Below, piece after piece: positions 31,549 through 42,754 of a stretch of 64,000 bases of DNA; positions within the stretch are counted from its first letter, which is position 1, and each line of letters opens with the position of its first letter. The stretch spans positions 1 through 64,000 of the forward strand of contig NJBH01000014.1 of NCBI GenBank assembly GCA_005223125.1, read 5' to 3'. The notes under the pieces were generated by a model that was given only the letters and a program-made list of their open reading frames with translations, did not search any database and was not told the DNA's origin. This DNA comes from Promethearchaeota archaeon Loki_b32 (GTDB lineage Archaea; Asgardarchaeota; Lokiarchaeia; Sigyniarchaeales; SOKP01). A program made the translations under genes and the position numbers.

Positions 31549-31920
31549 ATGGCAAGAAAGAACAAACCTGTTGCAACTAAACTTGATCTCAGTAGGAAAA
31601 AAACCAGAGAATTTGATGTTGATACTAATATCAAAGTTGCTTACAAAACGGGTAAAATTTTATATGGTAAAAATCAAATTTTAAAGAACTTATTTAGAGA
31701 AAATCCGTTCAAGATGCTAATTATGAGCAATAACTGTCCTTCAGAATTGATGACTCAAATTAATCACTTTAATTCTCTTTTAAAAGATAAACTTTTCATT
31801 CATAAATATAAAGGTTCGAGTTGGGATTTAGGATTAGCTTGCGCTAAGCCATATATGATTTCTGTAATGGGTATAATTGATTTTGGAGATTCTGATTTAA
31901 TCTCTTTAAGAACTAAATGA
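31549..31920 (+). CDS. rpl30e: 50S ribosomal protein L30e
   Basis: KTGKILYG, NNCP, DLGLACAKP, IIDFGDSDL; synteny. Confidence 0.93.
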   Translation: MARKNKPVATKLDLSRKKTREFDVDTNIKVAYKTGKILYGKNQILKNLFRENPFKMLIMSNNCPSELMTQINHFNSLLKDKLFIHKYKGSSWDLGLACAKPYMISVMGIIDFGDSDLISLRTK

Positions 31921-31948
31921 TAATAACTACACTTAACAAGATGCTTAC

Positions 31949-32425
31949 ATGTTAAAAAAGAATATTAAAATTGATCGGGAAGCAATGGAACTGATTTCGT
32001 TATTCAATAACATCTCTGGTGCTATAATTAAAGATTGCTTGATTTTTAAATCACCTGAGAATGGATCCGAAATAATCATTTTTTTAGTAAAAGAAGAGGA
32101 TGTAGGAAAAGCAATTGGAAAAGCTGGTGAACATGTTAAAGATTTAAAATCAAAACTCCAAAAAAAGATAGATGTTATTGCTTTTTCTGAGGATCTTAAT
32201 CATTTCATTCAGAATATCTTACAAACTACTAAAAACTCAATTATAGTTCAAAACATAGAAATTAAAGAAAGTATAAATCAAAAAAAAACCGTTATCATTA
32301 CTGTACGCCCTCAAGACCGTGGAAAAGCTATTGGAAAAGATGGTTCGATGATAAGAAAAATTAAAGAATTGGTGCTAAGGTATTTTGAAGTTGATAATGT
32401 AATTATCAATACGAAAAATGTCTGA
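31949..32425 (+). CDS. nusA: Archaeal NusA (two KH domains)
   Basis: GKAIGKAG and GKAIGKDG GxxG loops; synteny. Confidence 0.95.
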   Translation: MLKKNIKIDREAMELISLFNNISGAIIKDCLIFKSPENGSEIIIFLVKEEDVGKAIGKAGEHVKDLKSKLQKKIDVIAFSEDLNHFIQNILQTTKNSIIVQNIEIKESINQKKTVIITVRPQDRGKAIGKDGSMIRKIKELVLRYFEVDNVIINTKNV

Positions 32426-32489
32426 TTTTATTACCTAAAAATTATACTTATTAACTACGATTAATTTAATCACAAAATTACCCATTAGA

Positions 32490-33746
32490 GTGATTTATAT
32501 TTCAAAATTAAAATATTATGATGAACAAACTGCTATAAATCATGTTAAATCATTAGGTTTTACACGACACGCGGCTACTGAGGGTGAAACTAAAACTATA
32601 AATTATATCCAAAAGCAACTTGATAAAGAGAACGTTGATACTAAAGTTGAGTCTTTTAAATGGACTAAAACATCATCGAAATTCAGGAAATTGATTTTTT
32701 TATGGGTATTTATTGTTTTTATGAGTACTGAGATATTATTATTATATCCTAATTTAACATGGATAATTCTTCCTCTTGATGGCCTTTTTTTTATAGTATT
32801 AATGTTGGGAGGGAAATATGCTTTTGATCACTCAAGGATTATATTCATAGGGAAGAAAAACGAGTCAAAAAATGTAATAGCGACCATACATGCTAAAGAT
32901 TTGTATCCAAAAAGACCTGTCATTATTTTTTCAGCTCATCATGATTCAGTTTCTACAAATTTTCCATACAAAATGATGAAGATATTACTTTTTTCGGTAG
33001 TATTTTTATTTCTTTCATCTCTTCTCATAAACTTAGTTCTTTCAATTTGGTCAATTGTAGCATTATTTACTGCAATTCAAATTGATATCATATATTTATG
33101 GATAAGAAACATATCTTTAATTATTGGGATTATCCTACTAACAGAAATTTTCATCTTATTTATTAGGAAAAAGACTAATGAATCTTTAGGTTCAATAGAT
33201 AATGCTTCTGGTGTTGCTATTCTATTAGAATTAGCGAAATTAATTAAAAAAAATCCTCTCGAAAAAACTGATGTAATCTTTTTATGGTGTGGAGCAGAGG
33301 AACTGGGTCTCTGGGGATCGAAACAATATTGTTCTAAGCATGTGGAAGAATTAGATAACGATTACGACTTAAATAAATCATATAACATTAACATAGACAT
33401 GGTAGGTACCTATATAGGGTTAATTGATGAAACTGGCTTAATTAAGAAGAAGAAATTAAATGAAAATTTAAATGATGTCTTAAAAGCATCAGTTACACAC
33501 CAAAAAATCATATCTGAGAACCCAAAAATGGCATTAGGCGCTGGAAGTGATCATTTAATTTTTCGGGCATTTACAAAGAAAGCAGAAAAGAAAGGTTTTC
33601 AAATATCTTGCTTTATATCAAATAAAGATTCAAAATATATTCATTCTAAAAAAGATACTCCTGAATTATGCTCTGCTGAAAATCTAAATGGATGTATAGA
33701 TATTTGCTATAATGCTATTAAAAGCCTTGATCTCAGAGTAGAATAA
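32490..33746 (+). CDS. M28 family peptidase with transmembrane insert
   Basis: AHHD, DNASG, GAEELGLWGS, NIDMVG, SDH, IHSKKD. Confidence 0.9.
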   Translation: MIYISKLKYYDEQTAINHVKSLGFTRHAATEGETKTINYIQKQLDKENVDTKVESFKWTKTSSKFRKLIFLWVFIVFMSTEILLLYPNLTWIILPLDGLFFIVLMLGGKYAFDHSRIIFIGKKNESKNVIATIHAKDLYPKRPVIIFSAHHDSVSTNFPYKMMKILLFSVVFLFLSSLLINLVLSIWSIVALFTAIQIDIIYLWIRNISLIIGIILLTEIFILFIRKKTNESLGSIDNASGVAILLELAKLIKKNPLEKTDVIFLWCGAEELGLWGSKQYCSKHVEELDNDYDLNKSYNINIDMVGTYIGLIDETGLIKKKKLNENLNDVLKASVTHQKIISENPKMALGAGSDHLIFRAFTKKAEKKGFQISCFISNKDSKYIHSKKDTPELCSAENLNGCIDICYNAIKSLDLRVE

Positions 33747-33789
33747 CGTGTCTGCATTAAATGGTTAGCAGATTCGGGCTTTTTATTAA

Positions 33790-34218
33790 TTATCGTATTG
33801 GTTTCTCTTTTTTTCCAGCTAAAAGTGCTTCAAGGCTAACACCATTAACTTTAACTACTCTATAACGAACTCCAGGAAGATCTCCTATCGATCTTCCTTT
33901 TGCTCCACCGATTCCTTCGACAATCACTCGATCATGTTCTTCTATGAAGTTAAGTGCCCCATCACCAGGTAGGAACGCTGTAACTCCTTTTCCATTTTTC
34001 TTCAATTGAATTCTCACACATTTTCTTATAGCTGAGTTTGGTTGTTTACTTTCACGACCAACCTTCTGAAGAACGATTCCTAGAGCCTGACAAGAGCCTT
34101 CGAGTGGATCAACCTTCTTCTTTAATTGGAGTTTTCTTCTTTTATATTTCTTTTTTGACCATCGAAATTTTTTTCGATTAGTTTGAAGCTTTCTTGCAGC
34201 GTACAAGCCTTTGGGCAT
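33790..34218 (-). CDS. rps12: 30S ribosomal protein S12 (uS12)
   Basis: [29 protein letters not shown]. Confidence 0.98.
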   Translation of the reverse strand: MPKGLYAARKLQTNRKKFRWSKKKYKRRKLQLKKKVDPLEGSCQALGIVLQKVGRESKQPNSAIRKCVRIQLKKNGKGVTAFLPGDGALNFIEEHDRVIVEGIGGAKGRSIGDLPGVRYRVVKVNGVSLEALLAGKKEKPIR

Positions 34219-34364
34219 TTTTTCACCAAATTTTTATTATTATTAATAAAGTAAAACATATCTTAGAACTTAAAATTTATGAATAGACGTTTTTTCAGAA
34301 ATCTAAAAAAATTAATACTATTAATAATTTTGTTTAATAATCAAATACTCAACAATAATGGATT

Positions 34365-34982
34365 ATGAGTAAAACAAAGAAAGAAATCAAACTTTTCAAT
34401 AAGTGGGCATTTGAAGATATAAAAATTAAGGATAGAACGCTTGAAAACTATATAAATTTAAAACCTATTATAGTTCCCCATTCAGCAGGGAGACATGAGC
34501 ATAAAAGATTTTGGAAATCTTCAAAAGTCTCTGTTATTGAACGATTTTCTAATAGATTGCTTTCTCCAGGTTTTATTGGCAATAAAATTAGAGGACGTAA
34601 GAGTTCTTATAATTCGGGCAAGAAAAATAAGCTTCTAAAGAGTTTGGAAAATGCTTTCACACTAATAGAATTGATAACTGAACAAAACCCTATTCAAGTT
34701 TTAGTAGATGGGATTTGTAATTCTGCACCTAGAGAAGAAACGACGAGAATTGCTCTTGGAGGTATCAGGTACGCGTCAGCAGTAGATATCGCACCGCAGC
34801 GTCGAGTTGACTTGGCTATCAAATATCTCGCTCAAGCAATAGGCGCTAGATCCCATTCAAATGTCAGACAATTTGGAGAAAATCTTGCTCAGGAATTGAT
34901 GTTAGCAGCAAATAGCAGTCAAGAATCTAGAGCTATTAAGAGAAAGGATGAAATAGAAAGAATTGCTGTCTCAGCTAGGTAA
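34365..34982 (+). CDS. rps7: 30S ribosomal protein S7 (uS7)
   Basis: LFNKW, NPIQVLV, APREETTRI, VDIAPQRRVD, ERIAVSAR. Confidence 0.97.
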   Translation: MSKTKKEIKLFNKWAFEDIKIKDRTLENYINLKPIIVPHSAGRHEHKRFWKSSKVSVIERFSNRLLSPGFIGNKIRGRKSSYNSGKKNKLLKSLENAFTLIELITEQNPIQVLVDGICNSAPREETTRIALGGIRYASAVDIAPQRRVDLAIKYLAQAIGARSHSNVRQFGENLAQELMLAANSSQESRAIKRKDEIERIAVSAR

Positions 34983-35510
34983 TTATATTTAATATTTTTA
35001 ACAAATCACTTTTTATAAATATCTTACTAATCATCTCTTTGGATATACAACCCCTTAATTTTTGTTCAAAATTTATTTCCAGAATTTATAATAACTATTT
35101 TTGAAAGAATTTATACTTCAAAAATTTACCATTTTATTTTAAATACCAAACAAGTGCATCATTAACACAGGGATATATATGGCAGTTCTATTTACATATA
35201 ACTTAATTTCACTATTTGTAAGTTAATTAAGGAGGGTATGAAGGATAAGGGCACTGAAAAAATAGGAATGGTTTAATAAGGATGAAAGTATGGAAGAAAT
35301 GAGTCCAAAAGAGTAGAATTGCGAAAATTTTAAAGAAATTGTAAAAGAAATTAAAATTAATGAGTCCAAGAAAAAGATTGATTATTTAACTAATTTATAA
35401 CATAAAAGTATAAAATATAAAGAAATATTGGTGAGAAAGCAAGTAACTTTATGAAACTCATGGTAAATCCTTAATCTAAATATAAAAAAAAGAAAAAAAG
35501 TATTATCAAT

Positions 35511-36980
35511 TCATTTACTATTCATATAATCCAAAATAGTGCCTACAACCGCAAGAGTAAGAATTATTCCAATAGGAATGAAAGTAATCCAAGCCTCATT
35601 CGGTTGGAGAACACTTACCTGAAGAACCATCATAATAAAAGTCATCAATAAAAAGACCGTCCATAAACTAAGTTTCCTTGTTTTAAGCGGTTTTTTGATA
35701 ATAAAATTGGTTATTAGAGCTATAACAGCGTAAATGAGAATTATCAAAAGAGGTATTGGTACCCATAAGACCTGACCCCAAAGAGTTAAAAACAAGAGCG
35801 ACACATAGATTGTGAACAAGTTAATGGAATATAGCACCCGTTTTAATAAGTTTTTATTGGTGTCTATTTTATACCATAATATTCCGAAAGAGATGAATAG
35901 CAGCCACGCAAAAATCATGTCGAAAATTTTATCAGGTCCAAAACCGACATCTATAGCATAATGTGTACCCCAAAAAGCAAATATCATTCCATATCCTAAA
36001 ATTTGAATGAGTAAAATATGGTATGTTGATTTTCCAATCATAGAAATCGCTCGTGAAATTCGCCCTTCTGATTTTTGAGGTAGGAAATTTATTGCTAGTA
36101 ACACTAAAAATGCTGAATAGAGTACAATCAAGAAATGATAATCACCTCTCATAAGTGGGATCCCATCGACTCTAAATCTAAAGCCATAAAATTGATGTGC
36201 AATACAAAATGCTAAACTGAATGGAAATAATATCCACATAAATAAATTCCGCTTTTCTTTAAGTTTGCATCCAAAGGAAAACCACATCCCTATGCCAATA
36301 CCAGGGAGAAGAAATAAAACGCTGTTCATTATAAGACTTAGGTAATGAACTTCTTCCCATGTTGTAATTTCTCCAATAAAGAAAAATATTATCAAATGCA
36401 TTATGATTTCTATAACAAAACATAAGACTATAGCCAAGATTGGTTTTTTTGTGAAAGCTTTATAAAGCAAAGGCATAATTAAAATAGATTGGAAAATTAC
36501 TGGAAGAAACCAATTTCCCGGACCCCAAAACGGTAATATTCCTACAAATAAGTTTATAATGCCGTGATTTGGATAATATTGTCCATGATACATTGCTGAA
36601 AGATCAAATCCATACATAAATAACCCTATAAAAGTTGATACAGCATATAAAACGAGAAATGGGACAATATACCGTAAAATTTTGCTTTTAAAATAACTCC
36701 ATGAATATAATTCTCTTAGTTTTGTTGTCTTTTTCCTTTGAAATGAGAGACCCATATTAAATCCCATTATCACTAAAAATACTGGAATTGAAATTCTCTC
36801 CCAAAGAGTTACACCTATCTCACTTTTTACTCCCCACGCTACCATATGATCAAAAATTACTAGAAAGATCATAGCTGCCTTTAAGAAATCTACTTGGAAA
36901 AAATGTTCTTTACTTTCCTCTGAAATCTTTTTTTCAGTTTCTACTAATACTAATTCAGCAGATTGCTTTTTATCTGTCAT
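35511..36980 (-). CDS. Acyltransferase-3 family membrane protein
   Basis: DFLKAAMIFLVIFDH, IPVFLVIMGF, WFL, IGKSTYHILLIQ. Confidence 0.85.
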   Translation of the reverse strand: MTDKKQSAELVLVETEKKISEESKEHFFQVDFLKAAMIFLVIFDHMVAWGVKSEIGVTLWERISIPVFLVIMGFNMGLSFQRKKTTKLRELYSWSYFKSKILRYIVPFLVLYAVSTFIGLFMYGFDLSAMYHGQYYPNHGIINLFVGILPFWGPGNWFLPVIFQSILIMPLLYKAFTKKPILAIVLCFVIEIIMHLIIFFFIGEITTWEEVHYLSLIMNSVLFLLPGIGIGMWFSFGCKLKEKRNLFMWILFPFSLAFCIAHQFYGFRFRVDGIPLMRGDYHFLIVLYSAFLVLLAINFLPQKSEGRISRAISMIGKSTYHILLIQILGYGMIFAFWGTHYAIDVGFGPDKIFDMIFAWLLFISFGILWYKIDTNKNLLKRVLYSINLFTIYVSLLFLTLWGQVLWVPIPLLIILIYAVIALITNFIIKKPLKTRKLSLWTVFLLMTFIMMVLQVSVLQPNEAWITFIPIGIILTLAVVGTILDYMNSK

Positions 36981-37292
36981 TTAAACCTAACATTTTTTTT
37001 TATTTTTCAAAATTGTTATTATGAATTTTAATTAACTTAATAAAATATAACGAAGAAATAGTCCAATTTTTATAATCACAATAATGTAAAATGATGAGTT
37101 TTAGAAGTCAGATTTCTTTTGAATAAAATTAATTTAAGTATCAGATTAACTCTCTTAGATAATAGTTTCATATCACCTACATATTATCTAAATTCATTTA
37201 CTATTTAGAAAATTCCTAAATTTTTATATAACTGTTAACCATATTATTTAGTTAAGCAGATTTAAAGAAAGAGTATTGAGATAATAAGAAAA

Positions 37293-39284
37293 GTGGATGC
37301 CGACAAAAAACAAACAATTCTAGAAAAGCAACTTAAGACATTAAGTCAAAAGATTAGAATTGATATATTAAAGAAGCTGAAAAATGCTCAAATTCCATTA
37401 TCATTTTCAAAGCTTCAGAAAGAAGTTTTAGGACATAATCTTTCCACTGTTAATTTATCTTTTCATTTAAACACTTTAAAAAAGAGTGAGTTAATTTTTT
37501 CCTCAGAAGAAGGTTATACAATAACATTCTTAGGAGAACAAATAACAGATAAGATTTTATCTATTGAGGAAATTCTTAATAAACAAAAAAAAACTCGTAT
37601 GATCCGGACTTCAAAATATTCTAAAGAATTATTTGATATGAGCAAAATTGAGGAATATCTTGTAATAGAGGGAGATTTAGAACGTCATTTAGCCAGACAA
37701 ATTGCCCACGAAGTAGAAGAACGTCTTTCTAAAACAAATATAGATTATATGACAGCACCATTAATGCGGGAATATATTAATGGTGTTTTACTAGAAAATG
37801 GTTTAGAAGATGTTAGACACAAGTTAACTCGATTAGGAACGCCCCCTTTTGAAGTATTCCAACTATTTGATTCGAAGAATAAAGAATTAACACCGGGAGG
37901 TTTTATTAAACGGCTAGGATCTGATGTTTCTGAACAGTTTTTACTTTTAAATCTTTTACCTAAAAATCTTGCTGATTTATATCTATCTGGAGAAATTGCT
38001 CTATTGTACTTAAATTATTGGAGTTTAAGGCCATTGAGTTTGTATCTAAATACTAGTACATTAATTGATTATCTTTTTAAAAAATATACATACAATCCCC
38101 AAAATAATAGAAATTGGGCTGAAAGTAACAATTTAATTATTCATTTCATGGATCTTTTATACAAGCTAAGCGAATTTTATTCTGAAGATTTACTTCTAGG
38201 TGATTTTAATACTCACTTCCTCTCTTGTTTTGAAATACCGAAAAATAATTCATTCAATTTTGATCCTTTAACATCTCAGTTGCTCAGATTCAATACCCAC
38301 TTTAATGATGACAAATCTCACCTGTCATTAGGGTTTAATAATAAGGGAGAATTAACAGAAGATCATTCAATTCTGAATCAAACTGAGAGGCAATTTCTCA
38401 ATTCATTGAACCTCCAGTGTAGAGATCATATAAGGCCACTGCTGATTTTTAAGTGGTCAAATAATTTATCAACAGATTTGGGAACTAGTTTCTTAAAAAG
38501 TTTTATGACAGATTCTATTAATGGAGATCTCTATATTTGTAATAATAATTATTCAAATATGTTAAATTCAACTATTATTCAAATATCAAATCCTAATGAA
38601 AATAAAATAATTTTAGACAAGATCTTAATGAATTTACATACAATATCAGTAGAGGCAAATCAAAATGATTCTAAATTTCTAGAACTGGTACAAGATAAAT
38701 TGAATTCTATATTTGAATTGTTTAAATATAAAGAGAATTTAGTGCAGAAAAAATTAAATTCTCTTAAGCAATGGAATTTTTTTGTTTCAGAGATTTTTGA
38801 CCAAAAATTTGATGAAATATTTAGGGAATCTATAAAATCAATTAGTTTTTTCGGTTTGAACGAAGCTATTCTAAACCATTGCGGAATTGAACTTGATAGG
38901 ACAGAAAATAGCGAAGTTTTTTCACTTAAAGTTTTATCTTTAATGAAAAAACTAATCAAGGAAAGAAATGAAGTTGATAACAACAATTTTATTTTAAGCC
39001 AACCTCATTACGATTCTTATCTGAAAAATTCATGGCATAATGGTATCTCACAATACAAACAAAGTATAAATCAATATTCCTCAAGAATAATTCGGAGTGA
39101 ATCAAATCTTTCCATTAAGAAAAAAATCGTATTATATCAAAAATTTCAAAAAATTATTAATGGAGGGACTTTATTTATAGAAAAAATAAGCGAAGATGAA
39201 GTATCATTCCAGAAATGTTTAAATTTACTATTTAATTCCAAAATAAGAGCGATATCTTTTAGAGATTGTTTTACTAAAAAATAG
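37293..39284 (+). CDS. ArsR-type wHTH + ATP-cone + degenerate class III RNR (NrdD)-like fusion
   Basis: IRIDILKKL...LSFHLNTL..Y.IT..G (wHTH); IRTS...FD..KI...IAHEVE...TAPLMRE.IN..LLE.G...TRLG.P (ATP cone); GLNEA; no Zn finger or glycyl-radical loop. Confidence 0.8.
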   Translation: MDADKKQTILEKQLKTLSQKIRIDILKKLKNAQIPLSFSKLQKEVLGHNLSTVNLSFHLNTLKKSELIFSSEEGYTITFLGEQITDKILSIEEILNKQKKTRMIRTSKYSKELFDMSKIEEYLVIEGDLERHLARQIAHEVEERLSKTNIDYMTAPLMREYINGVLLENGLEDVRHKLTRLGTPPFEVFQLFDSKNKELTPGGFIKRLGSDVSEQFLLLNLLPKNLADLYLSGEIALLYLNYWSLRPLSLYLNTSTLIDYLFKKYTYNPQNNRNWAESNNLIIHFMDLLYKLSEFYSEDLLLGDFNTHFLSCFEIPKNNSFNFDPLTSQLLRFNTHFNDDKSHLSLGFNNKGELTEDHSILNQTERQFLNSLNLQCRDHIRPLLIFKWSNNLSTDLGTSFLKSFMTDSINGDLYICNNNYSNMLNSTIIQISNPNENKIILDKILMNLHTISVEANQNDSKFLELVQDKLNSIFELFKYKENLVQKKLNSLKQWNFFVSEIFDQKFDEIFRESIKSISFFGLNEAILNHCGIELDRTENSEVFSLKVLSLMKKLIKERNEVDNNNFILSQPHYDSYLKNSWHNGISQYKQSINQYSSRIIRSESNLSIKKKIVLYQKFQKIINGGTLFIEKISEDEVSFQKCLNLLFNSKIRAISFRDCFTKK

Positions 39285-39315
39285 AAGTAAAAGGTAAAAT
39301 GAGTATTCTTAAAAA

Positions 39316-40233
39316 TTATTGGATCATTAACTCCGCTAAGAGAGCTTTCCTCATAGGAATTCCATAATAAGTTTGTTTAAAGTAAATTGCTTTTTCTGAA
39401 CTATCAACACCAGCAGAAATTTCTGTAATTCTTGGTAAGGGATGCAATAATCTGAAATTGTCCTTTGTTCCTTTCAGGTCTTCTTGTTGAAATATGTAAA
39501 ATCCTTTAATCTTTTCGTATTCTTCTAAATCAATAAACCTTTCCTTTTGAATACGTGTCATGTAAAGAACATCTAAAATATTTAATATTTTTCTGTAATT
39601 TGTAATTTCCTTATATTTAACATGGCGCTGTTGTAGGAAATCTCTATCACGATTTCTCATTTTTAACTCTAACGGACTTATGAAGTAAATATTAATGTCA
39701 AAATTTGATAAGAGAATTGAAAGTGAATGGATTGTTCTACCATATTTTAAATCTCCCATTAATCCTATATTCAATCCATCTAAAGCCCCTAATTCTTCAG
39801 ATATAGTTAAAAGATCTAATAACGCCTGCGTTGGATGTTCTCCACTTCCAGATCCTGCGTTAATTATAGGAATTTTAGCAAATTTAGCTGCTAATGTTGC
39901 AGCTCCTTCAAGTGAATGCCTCATTACAATACAATCACTATAATTTTCTACTGTTCTTATTGTATCTGCAATACTTTCTCCTTTTTTAATCGAGGAAACA
40001 TCTCCAGAATGGAATCCAATAACACTACCTCCTAACCTATACATAGCAGATTCAAAACTAAGTCGAGTACGAGTAGATGGTTCAAAAAATAAGGTTGCTA
40101 AGATCTTCCCCTGAAGAAGATTTGAGTTTTTAATTTTAATCATTTCTTTGCCTTTCTTTAGAATGTACTCAATATCTTCTCGATCAAATTGCTTAGCACT
40201 TATGATACCTTCGCTAAATTTATCTTTGAACAT
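39316..40233 (-). CDS. pyrB: Aspartate carbamoyltransferase catalytic subunit
   Basis: FFEPSTRTRLSFE, HPTQALLD, RIQKER, HPLPR. Confidence 0.98.
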   Translation of the reverse strand: MFKDKFSEGIISAKQFDREDIEYILKKGKEMIKIKNSNLLQGKILATLFFEPSTRTRLSFESAMYRLGGSVIGFHSGDVSSIKKGESIADTIRTVENYSDCIVMRHSLEGAATLAAKFAKIPIINAGSGSGEHPTQALLDLLTISEELGALDGLNIGLMGDLKYGRTIHSLSILLSNFDINIYFISPLELKMRNRDRDFLQQRHVKYKEITNYRKILNILDVLYMTRIQKERFIDLEEYEKIKGFYIFQQEDLKGTKDNFRLLHPLPRITEISAGVDSSEKAIYFKQTYYGIPMRKALLAELMIQ

Positions 40234-40394
40234 TTAAAATCTCATTCAATATGTTTTTATTAACATTATGTAAATAAGATTTAAATTATTTTTTATTATG
40301 CGATGGTTATTCAAAAAGAACCAACAGAACTAATAAAATTTAATATTTATAAATAATTATTAAATTTAATCTTAAAGTTAAAGGTCACTGATTA

Positions 40395-40676
40395 ATGAAG
40401 TACCCAAGAACTATCAATAGATATTGTCCAAACTGTAGATCACATAAAAAGCATAGTGTCTCTCTATACAAAAAAGGCCAAGAAAGAGCTATGAATCATG
40501 GACGCAGAAGACTAGAAAAAAAGAAGCGGGGTTATGGTAGTTTTCCGAAACCGATATTTCACCGCAATTCGAAGATAAATAAGAGATCTACTCCATTATT
40601 AGAATGTAGTGAATGTGGCAAGAAACAGTATGCCAAGTCTTATCGTGTAAAACGACTCGAATTACAAGAAGTTTAA
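40395..40676 (+). CDS. rpl44e: 50S ribosomal protein L44e
   Basis: YCPNCRSH, GYGSFPKP, LECSECGK. Confidence 0.96.
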   Translation: MKYPRTINRYCPNCRSHKKHSVSLYKKGQERAMNHGRRRLEKKKRGYGSFPKPIFHRNSKINKRSTPLLECSECGKKQYAKSYRVKRLELQEV

Positions 40677-40691
40677 AAAAAGTGAGCAATT

Positions 40692-40898
40692 ATGGTACAT
40701 AAAAGAGAAGAAAAAGAACTTATTCCATATCCAAAAAGTAGATTTTTACGTGTAAAATGTTTGAATTGTGGAAACCAACAAATCATTTTTGGCTGTTCTG
40801 CAACAGATGTAGAATGTTTAGTTTGCGGAAAAACTTTACTCCAATCCACTGGGGGTAAAGCCAGAATTTTAACTAAAATACTGGAAGTTTTATCCTAA
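40692..40898 (+). CDS. rps27e: 30S ribosomal protein S27e
   Basis: [27 protein letters not shown]. Confidence 0.97.
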   Translation: MVHKREEKELIPYPKSRFLRVKCLNCGNQQIIFGCSATDVECLVCGKTLLQSTGGKARILTKILEVLS

Positions 40899-41015
40899 AA
40901 AGTTAAATTTCTCCAATATTCTATTATATTTTTCATCCGGTTATATTTTAATCGTGAGAAAATTCTATCACATAATTACTCTGCTCTTTACTTATTATAT
41001 AAATAAGAAAAAAAA

Positions 41016-41822
41016 TTAATTAAATCCTTTAAAGTGTTTGAATGGACGAGGGGGCGTGCGATAGAAAGTTTCATCAGGATAACCGATAGTAAATGCACCC
41101 AATTGTTTAGCTCTTATTCGTGCTAATTTCATAATTTTAGGGTCTAATTCCATACCAACTTGGGTCCATCCATTCCAGCAGGTACCTAATCCAAGTGAAT
41201 GTGCTGCTAACCGACCATAAGTAACTATATTGGCGATATTTTGAATCCCAATTACGTTATATAGCTGTGAATATACAATAATTACATGAGGTGCATCAAA
41301 ATAAACAGGAACTTCGAATTCTTTAGCAAGGTATGCAAGTCTCTCACCATATAACCAACCCCAAGCTTTATCGTTTGTAATTGTTTCTTGAATGGTATCC
41401 GATAATATTTTCATTTGTTCTTTATCAGAAATAATCATAAAGGATTCCGATCGCATATTTCGTCCAGTTGGAGCGCATTGCATCGCAGTGAATACTTTTT
41501 GTAATAAATCACTCGATACTTTTTCTTCTTTATATTTTCTTATTGATCGATGTGCTTGAAAGAAAGGATACAAATTATCATAAGATATTATTTCTTCAGG
41601 CTTGTTTATCCCTTTAAATTCATAAATTTCGCCCATATCTTCAAAAAGAACAGCATCTTCAGGACATATAGCAATACAATGACCACATCTTATGCACATT
41701 AGGTTTGGATCTTCATATTTAAGATTTTCTCCCCCATCAACTTTAAATAAGCGTCTAGGGCATGTAGTTATGCAAATATCACATCTATTACATTTTTCAT
41801 AATCAATACCTAGTATTGGCAT
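41016..41822 (-). CDS. Nitroreductase with N-terminal 2x[4Fe-4S] ferredoxin
   Basis: Two CxxCxxCxxxCP motifs; RSIRKY, APTGRN, LGLGTCW. Confidence 0.92.
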   Translation of the reverse strand: MPILGIDYEKCNRCDICITTCPRRLFKVDGGENLKYEDPNLMCIRCGHCIAICPEDAVLFEDMGEIYEFKGINKPEEIISYDNLYPFFQAHRSIRKYKEEKVSSDLLQKVFTAMQCAPTGRNMRSESFMIISDKEQMKILSDTIQETITNDKAWGWLYGERLAYLAKEFEVPVYFDAPHVIIVYSQLYNVIGIQNIANIVTYGRLAAHSLGLGTCWNGWTQVGMELDPKIMKLARIRAKQLGAFTIGYPDETFYRTPPRPFKHFKGFN

Positions 41823-42194
41823 TTATCACTCACTTCTAAATTATTTAATAAGAATTAAATGTATTTTCTTAAATAATTATCATCTTCTAACAAAAAGAAA
41901 AAGGAAAAAAATTGTATAAATTTAAATTAAATTCATTTTTTTCTAAAAATTCCTTTGCATTTAAAAATGAGAACGCTGATTAAAGGAGTATTCCAACCAA
42001 AATTTGTACATGGGTTATTTGGTACCTTACTTGCTGGCATGCAAGTCAATGATATAATGCTCGATCGTAAAGTAATGGATGGAAATGCGAGATTGAAAAT
42101 ATAACTTAATTATTTTATTTATATGTTCGTGAAACCGCTCTTTCACGTAAATTCTTTAATATCTCAGTAACATAGAATTAATTATTAAATTCAA

Positions 42195-42533
42195 TTAATA
42201 TTCGCGCCAAGTATATTTACATTTAGTACATCTAAAAAAATGAGTACTTGGTTCGTCAGCACTCCTCATCTGTTTCTGCCAAGTTTCAGCTTCCTTATTA
42301 TTACACTTTGGACAATACTTTTTTGCTTTAGGATATACTGAAATTTTATCCTCTTCTGTGATAATTACTAAATTATTTTCTAACGCCTGTTTCTTTTTTT
42401 GAACATTAATTTCTATTTTTTTATTATCTGTTAATACTTCTCTTTGATAACCACAGTTGCACATTAAAAAGGATTTATCACTATCTATTCTCTTACGCAA
42501 CAAGTTTGAACAATCAGGGCAAAACTCAACCAT
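42195..42533 (-). CDS. tfs: Transcription factor S (TFS/RpoM)
   Basis: FCPDC, CPKC, QMRSADEP, FFRCTKC. Confidence 0.95.
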   Translation of the reverse strand: MVEFCPDCSNLLRKRIDSDKSFLMCNCGYQREVLTDNKKIEINVQKKKQALENNLVIITEEDKISVYPKAKKYCPKCNNKEAETWQKQMRSADEPSTHFFRCTKCKYTWREY

Positions 42534-42754
42534 ATTGATTTTATTCCTTTTTTTTCTGTAATTATATCCTTTAAAAATAACAATATTTAAAAAATTTTAT
42601 CATATCGATAAATACTTAGAATATATATTAAAGAGAATCCGAAAACCAATCCCAAGTTTAATATTTATCATTTTTTCTTTAAAGATCCTAATGGATATAC
42701 AATTGAAATTCAAAGGTTTTTAGATTAATAGTAGAATCTTGAAAAGAAAAGCTA

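Noticed and set aside
33751-33772. TCTGC/GCAGA hairpin between the convergent peptidase and rps12
   Set aside because: Stem of only 5 bp; insufficient to call a terminator or RNA
41967-42104. 45-codon ORF MRTLIKGVFQPKFVHGLFGTLLAGMQVNDIMLDRKVMDGNARLKI
   Set aside because: Possibly a gene fragment but too short to assign
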